DNA of 64,000 nucleotides from Myxococcales bacterium. GTDB lineage: Bacteria > Myxococcota_A > Polyangia > Polyangiales > Polyangiaceae. A program made the translations under genes and the position numbers. Location of the stretch: positions 53,899 to 117,898 of the forward strand of contig JAYTOU010000032.1 of the NCBI GenBank assembly GCA_043747615.1, read 5' to 3'. Below, piece after piece: positions 17,955-28,181 of the stretch. How positions within the stretch are numbered: position 1 is the stretch's first letter; the number at the start of each line of letters is the position of its first letter. The notes under the pieces are model-generated. The model was not told the origin of the DNA. It was given only the letters and a program-made list of their open reading frames with translations, and did no database searches.

Positions 17955-19160
17955 ATGAGCGCCAAGAAGACCTTTATCGCGGATACTGGCGGAGCCATTA
18001 TGGTGCTGGGCGTTTTCATGACGCTCTTCCTCATCGGTGGCTTGTTCTTCTTGCTGGGAATCGGCGATGCGTTGGTTTTCCACGATCACATGCAAGAAGC
18101 GGCAGACGTATCCGCCTTCACAGGCGCGGTCGTGCACGCGCGCTTCATGAACCTGATCGCGGCAATCAACCTCATCATGTTGGCGCTTGTCGTCATCCAC
18201 CTCGTGCTCGCGCTCGTTCACCTCGCGACGCTCATCATAAACGCGGCTACCTGCGCTATTGCTTGCCTTATCCCCCCATTTGTCCCAGGCATTGCGGCTT
18301 GCACGATATCGGTGCCTTTCAATGAGGGCGCGGCGTTCGCGCTCAAGGCGTACGACACAGGCATGAAGCTCACCCTCACCGCCTTGAGCGCAGTGCAGTA
18401 CGGCCTCGCCTGGACGGCGTGGATTGCCGGTCCGGCCGCGAGCGTTTATACCGTGAGCAACTTCAAGTCGAGATCCGGTGGCGCCACGGTTATCGGTTTC
18501 TCGGAAGGACTCTCGATTCCCGGCTTGGACTCGGGCCGCATCGGGCTTCCGGTGTTCGAAGAAGAGCCCGGCTTTCTCTGCGAAAAGCTCATCAGATACT
18601 TCAAGGTCCCCGGCTTGGGCAAGGCGGCGAAGGTCCTCGGCTTCGCCAGCACGGCCATCCGCGAGCTCTTCTGCTCCGGTACATTCGACCAGGTCCCACA
18701 CTGGGACGAGTGCGAAGTCATCATCCCTGGACCCGGATTGGCGACGAACGGGAGCTGGTGGACCGAGAAGAACAAGGGCCCCAAGAAGATGTGGGCGTAC
18801 ACCGGCAGCCCTCTCGGTAACGGCTCGGACTGGAACTCCGTCTACGGCGTTGCGATTCCCGAGTACGCAGAACAAGCGGAGAAGTCAGTTGCGGTCGGCG
18901 GCCTGATTGGATCTGGGGGAGGTGCGGCCGGAACGAACGACAAGAGCACGAAGTTCTATTTCGCCCAGGCCGAGTTCTATTACGACTGCACGAAGACGTG
19001 GACGGACCCAAAGTGCGAGGATCAGCCGGAGGTCGACAACGCGATGTACACGATCGGCTGGCGTGCCCGTCTCGTTCGCTTCCACTTCCCCAGCATCGGC
19101 GCTGGTGCCAAACTCGTCGGTATGCTCAACAGCCTCACCAAATTCGTCGTCATCCACTGA
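17955..19160 (+). CDS. TadG-like minor pilin / Tad domain protein
   Basis: DTGG|AIMVLG, MQEAADVSA, NLIAAIN; GGAGGA RBS. Confidence 0.8.
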   Translation: MSAKKTFIADTGGAIMVLGVFMTLFLIGGLFFLLGIGDALVFHDHMQEAADVSAFTGAVVHARFMNLIAAINLIMLALVVIHLVLALVHLATLIINAATCAIACLIPPFVPGIAACTISVPFNEGAAFALKAYDTGMKLTLTALSAVQYGLAWTAWIAGPAASVYTVSNFKSRSGGATVIGFSEGLSIPGLDSGRIGLPVFEEEPGFLCEKLIRYFKVPGLGKAAKVLGFASTAIRELFCSGTFDQVPHWDECEVIIPGPGLATNGSWWTEKNKGPKKMWAYTGSPLGNGSDWNSVYGVAIPEYAEQAEKSVAVGGLIGSGGGAAGTNDKSTKFYFAQAEFYYDCTKTWTDPKCEDQPEVDNAMYTIGWRARLVRFHFPSIGAGAKLVGMLNSLTKFVVIH

Positions 19161-19175
19161 TCCCCCGGAGCCAAC

Positions 19176-19670
19176 ATGGAACGCTCGAAAAAAACACGGT
19201 TGATCAGTCGCGGAAAGACGCGAGGCGCTGCGCTCGTCGAAGGCTCTCTTCTCTTCCCGATTATGGTGATGTTCCTTCCGTACATGACCTACTTCCACAA
19301 TCTCCACAAAGTTGAATTCCTGAAGATGGGGGAGTCGCGGAACCAATGCTGGGCTTACACGTCCAAGTCCTGCACGGGAGCGGGAGGTGCCAAGTCCGGC
19401 AGCAAGGACACCGCGAACGGATACCCCAATGCCCCCGGGGGCGCGGAGGGTAAAGGCGGTAAGGCGGAGAGCGCGCCGGTCAACGTGAAAAATGGTCTCA
19501 TCGCCACGGGTTACTCGACGGCGAGCGGAGCGGCAGACGCAAAGCCCTTCAACGTGGCGTTCGGAAAGACGCTCAAGGTGAAGGCAGAGTCGTGGAACTT
19601 CTGTAATGAGGTTTCGGTAGATCCCGAGACCAGCAATGTCCTCGACCAGGTTGTTAAGAACTTCTTATAA
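19176..19670 (+). CDS. TadE-like pseudopilin
   Basis: KTRG|AALVEG followed by a hydrophobic helix. Confidence 0.8.
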   Translation: MERSKKTRLISRGKTRGAALVEGSLLFPIMVMFLPYMTYFHNLHKVEFLKMGESRNQCWAYTSKSCTGAGGAKSGSKDTANGYPNAPGGAEGKGGKAESAPVNVKNGLIATGYSTASGAADAKPFNVAFGKTLKVKAESWNFCNEVSVDPETSNVLDQVVKNFL

Positions 19671-19692
19671 GAACTGACTGAAGGAGGACGCG

Positions 19693-20727
19693 ATGTTCAA
19701 GGTTGGTCACTACGTGAAAGCAGACCTCCGCGGTTCCTACTCTGCGGCCCGCTCTACGGCTCGCCGTAAGACGTGGCATCATCGGTTTGGCGTTGCGCGG
19801 CTCGCCGTGTTCGGTTGCGCCCTCGGGTCGCTTGCCATCGTGTCTGCCACGCATCGTGCAAAGGCCGATGTGGGGGAAGCAGCGATCGCCCTCGGGCGCG
19901 ATCTGGTTCCCCTGGCCGATGTGCTTGGTCGGGCGACGAACGTCAACTTGAACGGCGAGCATATCTTCATGGGCTCCGTGATCACGGAGGAGCCGGTGAA
20001 AAGCGTGCTCGATCGGTTTCAAGCGAACTGCGCTGAGAACCCGGGGCCCTTCAACGAGATCCTGAAACGGTTGAACGATGTGCCAGCCGAGAAACGCACG
20101 GGCGAGCTCAAGGATCCGTCGATCAACGGGGATGCCTTTCGCAGCGAAACGGCGAATGAGGGCACGGTGCTCTGCATCACCAAGGGCGCCAAGAGCGGGT
20201 CGACGTACGAAAAGGCGATGACGGCGTTCGGCCAGACCCGCGACATCGGCAGCCTCGGTAAGCTTCGCTACGCCTACGCACGGAAAACGTCGACCGGAAG
20301 CACGGCCGTTTTGTCCGCATGGACCGAGGACTCGTTCAGCATCGACAAGCTCCTGCCGCCCGACGGCTCCGAGCCCGCGGGGAACGACGACGGTCAAGTC
20401 GCCCGTCCGCCTTCATCGAAGCGAACGATCAACGCCCACATCGAAGGGACCTCGTACGGCGTCCGCTTGTACACGACCACCGAGAGCCAGGCGAACGTCG
20501 TCACATTCTACGACGCCGATATGGCGAAGAAGGGTTGGGCGAGACATGCGCTGGCCGACCACAAGGACATGGCGCCCGAGCTCGATCCCGGAGCGAAGGG
20601 TACCCACCTCTACACGAAGGGTGCCCTCCAGGCGATCGTTCAACTTGTGTCGGAAGATGGGCAGACCAGCGTCGCGATCGCTGAGCTCGGCGTGGACGAA
20701 GAAATCGTAACGCCCACGATCAAGTAA
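19693..20727 (+). CDS. hypothetical membrane-anchored/periplasmic protein in the Tad locus
   Basis: AAGGAGG RBS; single hydrophobic segment ending in AKA. Confidence 0.75.
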   Translation: MFKVGHYVKADLRGSYSAARSTARRKTWHHRFGVARLAVFGCALGSLAIVSATHRAKADVGEAAIALGRDLVPLADVLGRATNVNLNGEHIFMGSVITEEPVKSVLDRFQANCAENPGPFNEILKRLNDVPAEKRTGELKDPSINGDAFRSETANEGTVLCITKGAKSGSTYEKAMTAFGQTRDIGSLGKLRYAYARKTSTGSTAVLSAWTEDSFSIDKLLPPDGSEPAGNDDGQVARPPSSKRTINAHIEGTSYGVRLYTTTESQANVVTFYDADMAKKGWARHALADHKDMAPELDPGAKGTHLYTKGALQAIVQLVSEDGQTSVAIAELGVDEEIVTPTIK

Positions 20728-20743
20728 CGAACAAGGACTCCGC

Positions 20744-21283
20744 ATGCACACGATATTCCGTACCTTCCTGGGCGTCGCAGCTTCCCTGGGCGTCTCGATC
20801 CTCAGCGTCGTGGAGCAGGCTCCCTACGTCCAGGCCGGAAACGACGCCGAGGCCTTCACCGGCGACGGACAGGGGCTCGTCGGCCGTGAGGGTGAGTTTG
20901 GGGCGGCCTGCCGTCGGGAGTGCGGCCGAGGCTTGCCGACGGAGTGCAAGGCCCCGAAAGCGACCGAGTGCCTCCAGAGTTGCTACTGCGAAACAACGAT
21001 TGAACGGCAGCATGCTTGTTCGGCCCGTGAACCGTGCCCCGGCCCCAAGGACGGCAAGGAGGGCGTGCAGGCGTGCATGAACGGGCGCTGCATGTACCAG
21101 TGCGCAAGCGATAAGGAGTGCCGCGGCTTCGGTGGCGTCTGCCGCGCGGGCAGCTGCAGGCAGCGAAACGCCGACGAGGTAACCTCGTGCAAGGCCGCGT
21201 GCGAACCTTGCCTCGCTCGACTGAAAGCGTGCGCCAACAAGTACAGCGCATGCAAAGCAAGGTGCCCTGGCTCGGATCTCTAG
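20744..21283 (+). CDS. secreted cysteine-rich protein
   Basis: AAGGA RBS, N-terminal hydrophobic signal, 20 Cys in the C-terminal ~125 aa. Confidence 0.65.
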   Translation: MHTIFRTFLGVAASLGVSILSVVEQAPYVQAGNDAEAFTGDGQGLVGREGEFGAACRRECGRGLPTECKAPKATECLQSCYCETTIERQHACSAREPCPGPKDGKEGVQACMNGRCMYQCASDKECRGFGGVCRAGSCRQRNADEVTSCKAACEPCLARLKACANKYSACKARCPGSDL

Positions 21284-21383
21284 ACGCGCCTTGCGGAACA
21301 GCGCGTCGAGTGAAACGACGCGGAAAAAGGCGGCGCGCGCAGCGCTTCCCTGGCGAAAGAAAACCGGATAGTCTCTTCGCTGC

Positions 21384-22199
21384 ATGAACCGTCGCGCTCT
21401 CCTCATCGCGGTTATCGTCGCTGTTCTCGGCGTCGCGCTCTTGGTGCTTTACCAGTCGCGCTTCGAGACGGAAGCGTCCGGGGGTGAGAAGATAAAGCTT
21501 CTCATCGCCGTCATGCCAATCGAGCGTGGCAAAGTCATCACCGAAGAGATGGTCTCGACGCGCGAGGTGCCTCAAGCTTATGTCGAGGATCGCGCCATTA
21601 AAGAGGTCGAAAAGGCGAAGATTATCGGGCTCCGCGTGGGCAACACCGTCCAAGCTCAGCAGACGATGATGTGGACCGACTTGGTGACCGCGAGCGAAGA
21701 GCGCCGCGATCTCAGCTCCCTCATCCAGCCTGGCAATCGTGCAGTCTCCGTCCAGATGGCCCGCGAGGATTCCAGTGTCGCGCTCATTCGCCCAGGCGAT
21801 TACGTCGACGTCATCGCGATCATGCCACAGCCGGGTCAGGCGAACGACGTCCACGCGGCTGTGGTGCTCTTCCAGCGCGTCCTCGTCCTCGCGACCGGTC
21901 TCGAAACTTCACCCGACGCGGTCAGCGACCGGTCGAAATCCGAAGGTCCGAAGAACGAGGAGCAGGCATCGCTCCTCACCCTCAGCTTGACCACGCCGGA
22001 AGCGCAGCTCCTCGCGCTCGCCGGCGAACGCGGCAAGTTGGCGGTGGCGCTGCGCAATCCCGAGGATCAGCGTACCGCGGAACGCATCCCGGACGTTTCG
22101 TCCAACTCGCTTCTCGACAGTGAAAAACTCACTCAGGTGAAGGGGCTTCGCCGAGGTGGGACGGGGATTCCTGGCAAAATTGACGAGGGTGCAAAATGA
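21384..22199 (+). CDS. cpaB: Flp pilus assembly protein CpaB/RcpC
   Basis: N-terminal TM, SAF domain, PGNRAVSV, IRPGDYVDVI, V.VLA.G, LALRNP. Confidence 0.92.
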   Translation: MNRRALLIAVIVAVLGVALLVLYQSRFETEASGGEKIKLLIAVMPIERGKVITEEMVSTREVPQAYVEDRAIKEVEKAKIIGLRVGNTVQAQQTMMWTDLVTASEERRDLSSLIQPGNRAVSVQMAREDSSVALIRPGDYVDVIAIMPQPGQANDVHAAVVLFQRVLVLATGLETSPDAVSDRSKSEGPKNEEQASLLTLSLTTPEAQLLALAGERGKLAVALRNPEDQRTAERIPDVSSNSLLDSEKLTQVKGLRRGGTGIPGKIDEGAK

Positions 22200-23518
22200 G
22201 ATTGGGTCGTGTCGTCACGGTAGCCGCTGCACTTTCGATCGGGTTTGGCTCTCTTACCTCGAGCTCCACCGTTTTCGCTCAGCCGAAAGGCGGAGATCGC
22301 GACCACGTCGAGGAGCTCTCGTTAGCGGTCGGTGAAACGAAGACGATCTCGGCCAAGGACGTAAAGAACTACTCGGAAGGGTCACCGGGCATCATCGACA
22401 CGCGCCTCACGCCCGACGGAACGAACTTCATCGTCGCCGGCAAGAAGCCGGGAACGACGACCCTGCTCTTCATCAAGAACGACGGCACGCAGATCAACTG
22501 GGTGGTCACGGTCTCCACGCGTTCACCGGCCGCGGTCGAGCGCGAAATCCAGCAGCTCCTCGAGGGGACGACGGGCGTGCGCGTACGGCGCGTCGGCGGT
22601 CGCTTCTTCCTCGAAGGCGGCGTGACGACCGAGGGCGAGCTCAAGCGCATCGCCCAGATCGCTACCCTCTACCCCGGCCAGGTCGAGTCGCTCGTCACGA
22701 TCGGCTCGGGCGCTGCAGAGCGCAAGCTGCTCGTCAGGCTCGACTTCTTTTTCGTCTCGTACAATCGCAACGCAAGCTACGCAGTAGGCCTCAGCTGGCC
22801 CGCGCAGATCGCTGGCGCGAACTCCGACGGCGCCTCGGTCGTCTCCAACAACCTCACCTACGACTTCATCGCGAAAACGACGACGACCGCCCAAGCCTCG
22901 ATCGTCAACCAGCCGCTGCCGGCCCTCGACATCGCCTCGAAGCATGGCTGGGCGAAGGTCCTCAAGCAGTCCACGGTCATCACATCGAACGGCTCCGAAG
23001 CTCTGTGGAACAGCGGCGGCGAAGCGAACATCCTGACGACCCAGGGCCTGACGCCTTTGCTCTCCAAGATTCAGTTCGGCACGAACATCGGCGTGCTTCC
23101 GCGCTTCGACTCCCAGACGAAGGAAATCGAGATCAAGCTCGACGCCGAGGTCTCCGAGCTCACGCCGGCCATCACGGGCAACGTGCCGGGTCGGAACACG
23201 AGCAAGCTCAGCACGTTCGTCAACTTGAAGCTCGGGCAGGCGCTCATTCTGTCGGGCATTCGCACCCGGACGGAACGCCACGAAGTGAGCGGTCTGCCGG
23301 GACTGAGCCAGATTCCCGTTATCGGTGTGCTTTTCGGAGCTCACACCGACGGGCAGGAAGAAGTCGAGGGCGCGGTCTTCATTATTCCGAGCATCATCGA
23401 GACCGTTCCGAAGTCAGCGATTGAAGTGATCAAGAACGCGCTCGCGGGGTACGAAGACTACCAAGGCGAAATTGAGAAGGCGGATTCTTTCAACAAGACG
23501 CCCCCTTCGGCAAAGTGA
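22196..23518 (+). CDS. cpaC: Tad secretin CpaC/RcpA
   Basis: Signal peptide; N-domain GKKPGTTTL; secretin C-terminus GLPGLSQIPVIGVLF. Confidence 0.9.
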   Translation: MRLGRVVTVAAALSIGFGSLTSSSTVFAQPKGGDRDHVEELSLAVGETKTISAKDVKNYSEGSPGIIDTRLTPDGTNFIVAGKKPGTTTLLFIKNDGTQINWVVTVSTRSPAAVEREIQQLLEGTTGVRVRRVGGRFFLEGGVTTEGELKRIAQIATLYPGQVESLVTIGSGAAERKLLVRLDFFFVSYNRNASYAVGLSWPAQIAGANSDGASVVSNNLTYDFIAKTTTTAQASIVNQPLPALDIASKHGWAKVLKQSTVITSNGSEALWNSGGEANILTTQGLTPLLSKIQFGTNIGVLPRFDSQTKEIEIKLDAEVSELTPAITGNVPGRNTSKLSTFVNLKLGQALILSGIRTRTERHEVSGLPGLSQIPVIGVLFGAHTDGQEEVEGAVFIIPSIIETVPKSAIEVIKNALAGYEDYQGEIEKADSFNKTPPSAK

Positions 23519-23573
23519 TCATCTCGGCACCACTCGGGGCATGCCTCGAGTATTTCAGGGGAGCTGAAGCCAC

Positions 23574-25436
23574 GTGAGTGCACGGCAAGCCGAGCAATAC
23601 GCATCGCACGTCGAGGTCCTCATCCAATCGGATGACGGCGAGGAGAGGAATGAGCTCATTCCGACCGGGGAACCGATCACGATTGGTCGCCACGCCCAGT
23701 GCGTGCTGAGACTCGAGAGCGATCTGCTCTCGCGCCAGCACGCGGTGGTCGAGGTCGGTTCGAACTCGATTCGAGTAGAGGACGTCTCGACGAACGGTAC
23801 CGTCGTCGGAGACCTGCTTCTCAAGCGTCAAGCGATTGAGGTGCCCTACGAGACTCCCATCGTCCTCGGGAATTTCACGGTCTACTTCCTCCAGCCGCAA
23901 CAAGCCGTCGGCGCGTTGCCTCCGCCTCCTCCTCCTCCTCCTCCGCCGCGTGCGCAGCAGCAGCAGCAGCCGCGGCAGATGTCCGCCCGGCCTCAGCCCC
24001 AACCTGGAACTTCGCAGATTCGCCGACCGAAGACGATGCCGGGCGAGCTCGCTACAGGCGCGCAGGCGGCGATCAAGCGTCCCTCAGCTGCGCCCGTCGC
24101 GCTCCAGCCCGAGCTCGGAGGCGCCTACAAGCCTCCGGTAACGACGCCGGAGATGCTCCATAAGCGAGCGCAAGACGTCCAGCTCCGCAAGGACATGCAC
24201 AAGCTCCTCGTCGAGCACCTCGACTTGGCGACAGTAGAAGCAGCGAAGCTCGACGACCCGTCACTCAGGCCGAAGGTCCTCGGGGCGCTGCGACGCATCG
24301 TCGGCATGCTCGAGGCGCGTCTTCCGCCAAACACCGATCGCGATCAGCTGATTGGCGAGCTCGCTGACGAAGCGTTGGGCCTTGGTCCACTCGAACGCTT
24401 TCTCTCCGATCCCGCGGTCAACGAGATCATGGTCGTCGACCCGAACACGATTTACATCGAGCGCTCGGGCAAGCTCATCCTCTCCGACGCGCGCTTCACC
24501 GACGACGATCGCGTTCGCGGCGTCATCGAACGTATCGTTACCCCGCTCGGTCGCCGAATCGACGAGTCGTCGCCGCTCGTCGACGCCCGCTTGAAAGACG
24601 GCTCGCGCGTTAACGCCATCATCAAGCCTCTCGCGCTGCGCGGCTCCTGCATCACGATTCGAAAGTTCGCGAAGACCGCGCTCACCCTGGAAAAGTTGGT
24701 CGGCTTCGGTGCCCTCACGCCGGCCATGGGACTTTTTCTCCAGCGCAGCGTGCTCGCCAAGAAGAACATCGTCATCTCCGGCGGCACGGGCAGCGGAAAG
24801 ACGACGCTGCTCAACGTACTGTCGGGTTCCATCCCGCCCGAAGAGCGCATCGTGACGATCGAAGACGCGGCCGAGCTCCAGCTCGCGCAGCCGCACGTCG
24901 TGTCGCTCGAAACCCGTCCGCCGAACCTCGAAGGCCGCGGCGAGTACACCATTCGCGATCTCGTCAAGAACGCGCTCCGTATGCGTCCCGATCGAATCGT
25001 GGTCGGAGAGTGCCGCGGCGGCGAAGCGCTCGACATGCTTCAGGCCATGAACACGGGTCACGACGGATCGCTCACAACGACGCACGCTAACTCGCCGCCA
25101 GAGGCCATCGGCCGTCTCGAGACGCTCGTCCTCATGAGCGGCTTGACGCTGCCGATCCGAGCCATCCGCGATCAGATTGCGGGCGCCGTGCACCTCATCG
25201 TGCAGCAGTCGCGCTTCTCCGACGGCTCGCGCCGAGTCACGGCAATCACCGAAGTAATCGGCGTCAACGAGGACTCCGGCGAGATCGATATGCGGCCGAT
25301 CTTCGAGTACGTGCGCACCGGAACGGGCCCCGGCGGAAAGGTGATCGGCGATTTCCGGTCCACCGGCTATCTCCCTTCCTACTTGAACGACTTCATCGTC
25401 ATGGGCCTCGTTAAAAAGGGAGCCAATTACCTATGA
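23574..25436 (+). CDS. cpaF: CpaF/TadA pilus ATPase with N-terminal FHA domain
   Basis: FHA motifs IGR, SRQH, STNGT; GLGPLE, DARLKDGSRVN, Walker A GGTGSGKTT, IEDAAEL, LRMRPDRIVVGECRG, MNTGHDG. Confidence 0.95.
   Translation: MSARQAEQYASHVEVLIQSDDGEERNELIPTGEPITIGRHAQCVLRLESDLLSRQHAVVEVGSNSIRVEDVSTNGTVVGDLLLKRQAIEVPYETPIVLGNFTVYFLQPQQAVGALPPPPPPPPPPRAQQQQQPRQMSARPQPQPGTSQIRRPKTMPGELATGAQAAIKRPSAAPVALQPELGGAYKPPVTTPEMLHKRAQDVQLRKDMHKLLVEHLDLATVEAAKLDDPSLRPKVLGALRRIVGMLEARLPPNTDRDQLIGELADEALGLGPLERFLSDPAVNEIMVVDPNTIYIERSGKLILSDARFTDDDRVRGVIERIVTPLGRRIDESSPLVDARLKDGSRVNAIIKPLALRGSCITIRKFAKTALTLEKLVGFGALTPAMGLFLQRSVLAKKNIVISGGTGSGKTTLLNVLSGSIPPEERIVTIEDAAELQLAQPHVVSLETRPPNLEGRGEYTIRDLVKNALRMRPDRIVVGECRGGEALDMLQAMNTGHDGSLTTTHANSPPEAIGRLETLVLMSGLTLPIRAIRDQIAGAVHLIVQQSRFSDGSRRVTAITEVIGVNEDSGEIDMRPIFEYVRTGTGPGGKVIGDFRSTGYLPSYLNDFIVMGLVKKGANYL
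23919..23969 (+). repeat. (CCT)n/(CAG)n coding microsatellite, poly-Pro/poly-Gln linker
   Basis: cctccgcctcctcctcctcctcctccgccg...cagcagcagcagcag. Confidence 0.9.
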
Positions 25437-26314
25437 TCAACCTTGGTGGCGCCGGCGCAGTCCCGGCAGAGCTGATGAAGCTCGGGGGGCTCCTGATGGT
25501 GGGGCTTGGTCTGTTCGTAGCAACATGGTCGTCGACGTCCGATGAGACAGGCTTTCTCTGGCGATACTGGGGGCAATACACCTCCGCGATCGAACGAAAG
25601 CTTCGGCCACAATTCATATTCACGAAGGGGTCCGCTGTCGCACTCGGGCAGCTCGGTGCGCTCGTCTTCCTCGCCCTTCTCCAAGTCACCGTTGGAGTGC
25701 CGTTTTGGTACGTGCTCGTCGTGGTCATCCTGATTGCCCCCTATATTGCGATCGAGAAGATGCGACGTGATCGGGTCGCCTTGCTCGAGTTTCAGCTCGA
25801 CAACTTCATCCTCGGTCTTGGAAACGCACTCAAAACTACGCCCAGCATCGGCGGGGCGCTCGCCTCGGTCGTCTCCATTCTCCAGGATCCCACGCGCCAG
25901 GAAGTTGATCTGTGCGTGAAGGAAATGAAGGTCGGCAGCACGCTCGATCAGGCCCTGCTCCACATGGCTTCGCGCATTGGGAGTCGGCAATACGACTCGG
26001 CCCTCGCGGCCATCCTCATCGGCCGTCAGGTCGGCGGAAATCTTCCGAAGGTGCTCGAAGCCACGGCAAACAGCCTCCGTGAAATGGCTCGCCTCGACGG
26101 CGTCGTTCGCTCGAAGACGGCCGAAGGAAAGATGCAGCTCTATGTGCTCGGCGCTCTGCCGCTCGTGATGATATTCTTGCTCAACTACATGACGCCGGGC
26201 TACTTCAAGCCGCTTGGTCAAAGCGTGACCGGCTACATTATCACGTTTTTCTGCGGGATCTTGTGGGTCGGTGCGATGGTTTCGGCACGCAAAATCCTCA
26301 ACGTGGATATCTGA
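25433..26314 (+). CDS. tadB: TadB (T2SSF-family) platform protein
   Basis: VGGNL..VL, TAEGKMQ, TM pattern, position after the ATPase. Confidence 0.9.
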   Translation: MINLGGAGAVPAELMKLGGLLMVGLGLFVATWSSTSDETGFLWRYWGQYTSAIERKLRPQFIFTKGSAVALGQLGALVFLALLQVTVGVPFWYVLVVVILIAPYIAIEKMRRDRVALLEFQLDNFILGLGNALKTTPSIGGALASVVSILQDPTRQEVDLCVKEMKVGSTLDQALLHMASRIGSRQYDSALAAILIGRQVGGNLPKVLEATANSLREMARLDGVVRSKTAEGKMQLYVLGALPLVMIFLLNYMTPGYFKPLGQSVTGYIITFFCGILWVGAMVSARKILNVDI

Positions 26315-26316
26315 AC

Positions 26317-27237
26317 ATGGGTCCTGGGATCGCGCTCAGTTACGAATGCCAGGGGTACCAGTACGCCGCCCTAGTTCTTGTCGGCCTCGGGCTTGCCGGT
26401 GCGCTCTACTCGGTCGCGGCGGCGCCCACGCGGGTGGCCGGACGCCTCGGTCTCCGTGGTCTCAAGCGCACGCGTATGCTCGCAAAAAGCGAGGCGTGGC
26501 AGAACCTGGAACCGTTCGTTCGTTGGCTGGGCGTGCGGGTGAGCGGGCTCATCAGCGACGATTTGCGGACCAAGATCGACGAGGAAATTTCCCTCGCCGG
26601 CGACTTCATGGGCCTCACCGCAGATGAGTACGTCGCACTCAGTATCATGACCTGCTTCGCCGGCTTGATCGGTGGTTACATTCTCGGACAAGTCGTGGGG
26701 TTCGGGAGCGTAGCCACGATCCCGCTGGCTCTTCTGGGAGCGTCGTACGTCTACATGACCGTCAGCGGCGTTGCGCAAGAGCGCCTAAAGGAAATCGGGC
26801 GCGGCCTCCCGTACATCGTCGATCTCATGGCCATGGCCATGGGCGCAGGGCTCGACTTCCCCGGTGCCGTCCGTCAGGTGGTCGAGAAGACCAGCCAACC
26901 GGACGATCCGTTGGTCGAAGAATTTACCCTCATCTTGCAGACACTCAACTTCGGGCGCACACGCAAAGAGGCACTCATCGAGTTCCAGCGGCGTGCCCCG
27001 GTCGAGACCGTGAAAGAGTTCACCGGTGCGCTCATCCAAGCTGACGAGCGCGGTAATCCGGTCGCCGAGGTCTTGCAGATTCAAGCGACGACATCTCGTA
27101 TGCGCCGCTCGGTGCGCGCAGAGGAAGCAGCTGCCAAAGCGGGCGTTGCTATCGTCGGACCGCTGATGCTCGTGTTCGTCGTCGTGCTCGGCCTCGTTCT
27201 GGGGCCCGCGATGCTCACCATCGGCAGCGGGTTCTAA
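26317..27237 (+). CDS. tadC: TadC (T2SSF-family) platform protein
   Basis: LPYIVDLM....GAGLDF, G.TR.EAL, QADERG, RAEEAAAK. Confidence 0.9.
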   Translation: MGPGIALSYECQGYQYAALVLVGLGLAGALYSVAAAPTRVAGRLGLRGLKRTRMLAKSEAWQNLEPFVRWLGVRVSGLISDDLRTKIDEEISLAGDFMGLTADEYVALSIMTCFAGLIGGYILGQVVGFGSVATIPLALLGASYVYMTVSGVAQERLKEIGRGLPYIVDLMAMAMGAGLDFPGAVRQVVEKTSQPDDPLVEEFTLILQTLNFGRTRKEALIEFQRRAPVETVKEFTGALIQADERGNPVAEVLQIQATTSRMRRSVRAEEAAAKAGVAIVGPLMLVFVVVLGLVLGPAMLTIGSGF

Positions 27238-27256
27238 GAAGAAAAAGGGGAGCGTC

Positions 27257-28150
27257 GTGAGTGTCCTAAGGTTTCAGATACGACAGCCATCAGGTCAGGT
27301 TGATCAGCTTCTCATCGAGTCGGAGCGCGTCCGCATCGGCAGCGGTGCCCACTGCGAAATTCGTCTTCCTCTCGATCAGGCCGCCATCGAGCATGCGCTG
27401 ATTCAGGTCGGCCCCGCGGGCGTCTTCGTTCAGGCGATGAGCTTTCAGCCTCCGCCGACCGTCAACAACGTCCCCTTCACGCAGGGTCCGCTCGCGCCCG
27501 AGTCCGTGCTCGGCATCGGTCAATTCCAGATCACCGTGGCCCTTGCCGCGGAAGGCGCTCAAGGCGCGGTCACCGCGAAAAAAAAGGGGGGGAGCAGCAT
27601 GGTCTCCCTCGTCGCGCTGGTCGCGCTGATCGCCGGCGGCGCGTATTACTTCATGGGGGACACCGTCGCGACCGGCATCGTCGCGCCGAAGGACGCGCCG
27701 GAGCTCTGGGGGCCGGCCGTCGATGCGTGCCCGCAGCACAATCCGGAGCAAGCGATCGCCCTCGCCCGTGAACGAAACGTGGTAGCCGACGCCAAGCGCG
27801 AGCGGCGTCCTTTTCACGTCAAGGACGGCATCGACGCCGTGCCGCTCTACGAGCTTGCGTCGGTTTGTTACCGAGTGGCGGGCGATCAAAATGCCGCCGT
27901 CGAAACGGCCGGATCCGCTGTAGCGCTCCGCAAGGAGCTGAATGACGACTACCGAACGCATCGCGTGCGTCTCGATCACTTCCTTCACCTGGAAGATCCT
28001 CCGCCTCCCGATCCGCCGCTCAATTTGATCGCTGCACGCAAAGAGGTCCGTCTTCTCCTCCAGTTTACGGAGGGGAAGCAGGGGGACTACGTGAGCTGGC
28101 TTTCGAATCTCGATCGTAAGCTCAAACTCAAGCTCGGGCGACCGAGCTGA
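27257..28150 (+). CDS. membrane protein with degenerate FHA domain
   Basis: VRIGSGAHCEIRL...EHALI FHA-like strand pattern lacking the R/S ligand residues; single TM. Confidence 0.75.
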   Translation: MSVLRFQIRQPSGQVDQLLIESERVRIGSGAHCEIRLPLDQAAIEHALIQVGPAGVFVQAMSFQPPPTVNNVPFTQGPLAPESVLGIGQFQITVALAAEGAQGAVTAKKKGGSSMVSLVALVALIAGGAYYFMGDTVATGIVAPKDAPELWGPAVDACPQHNPEQAIALARERNVVADAKRERRPFHVKDGIDAVPLYELASVCYRVAGDQNAAVETAGSAVALRKELNDDYRTHRVRLDHFLHLEDPPPPDPPLNLIAARKEVRLLLQFTEGKQGDYVSWLSNLDRKLKLKLGRPS

Positions 28151-28181
28151 GCTCACGGCCGAGATCTTAGGAGCAAGCGAA

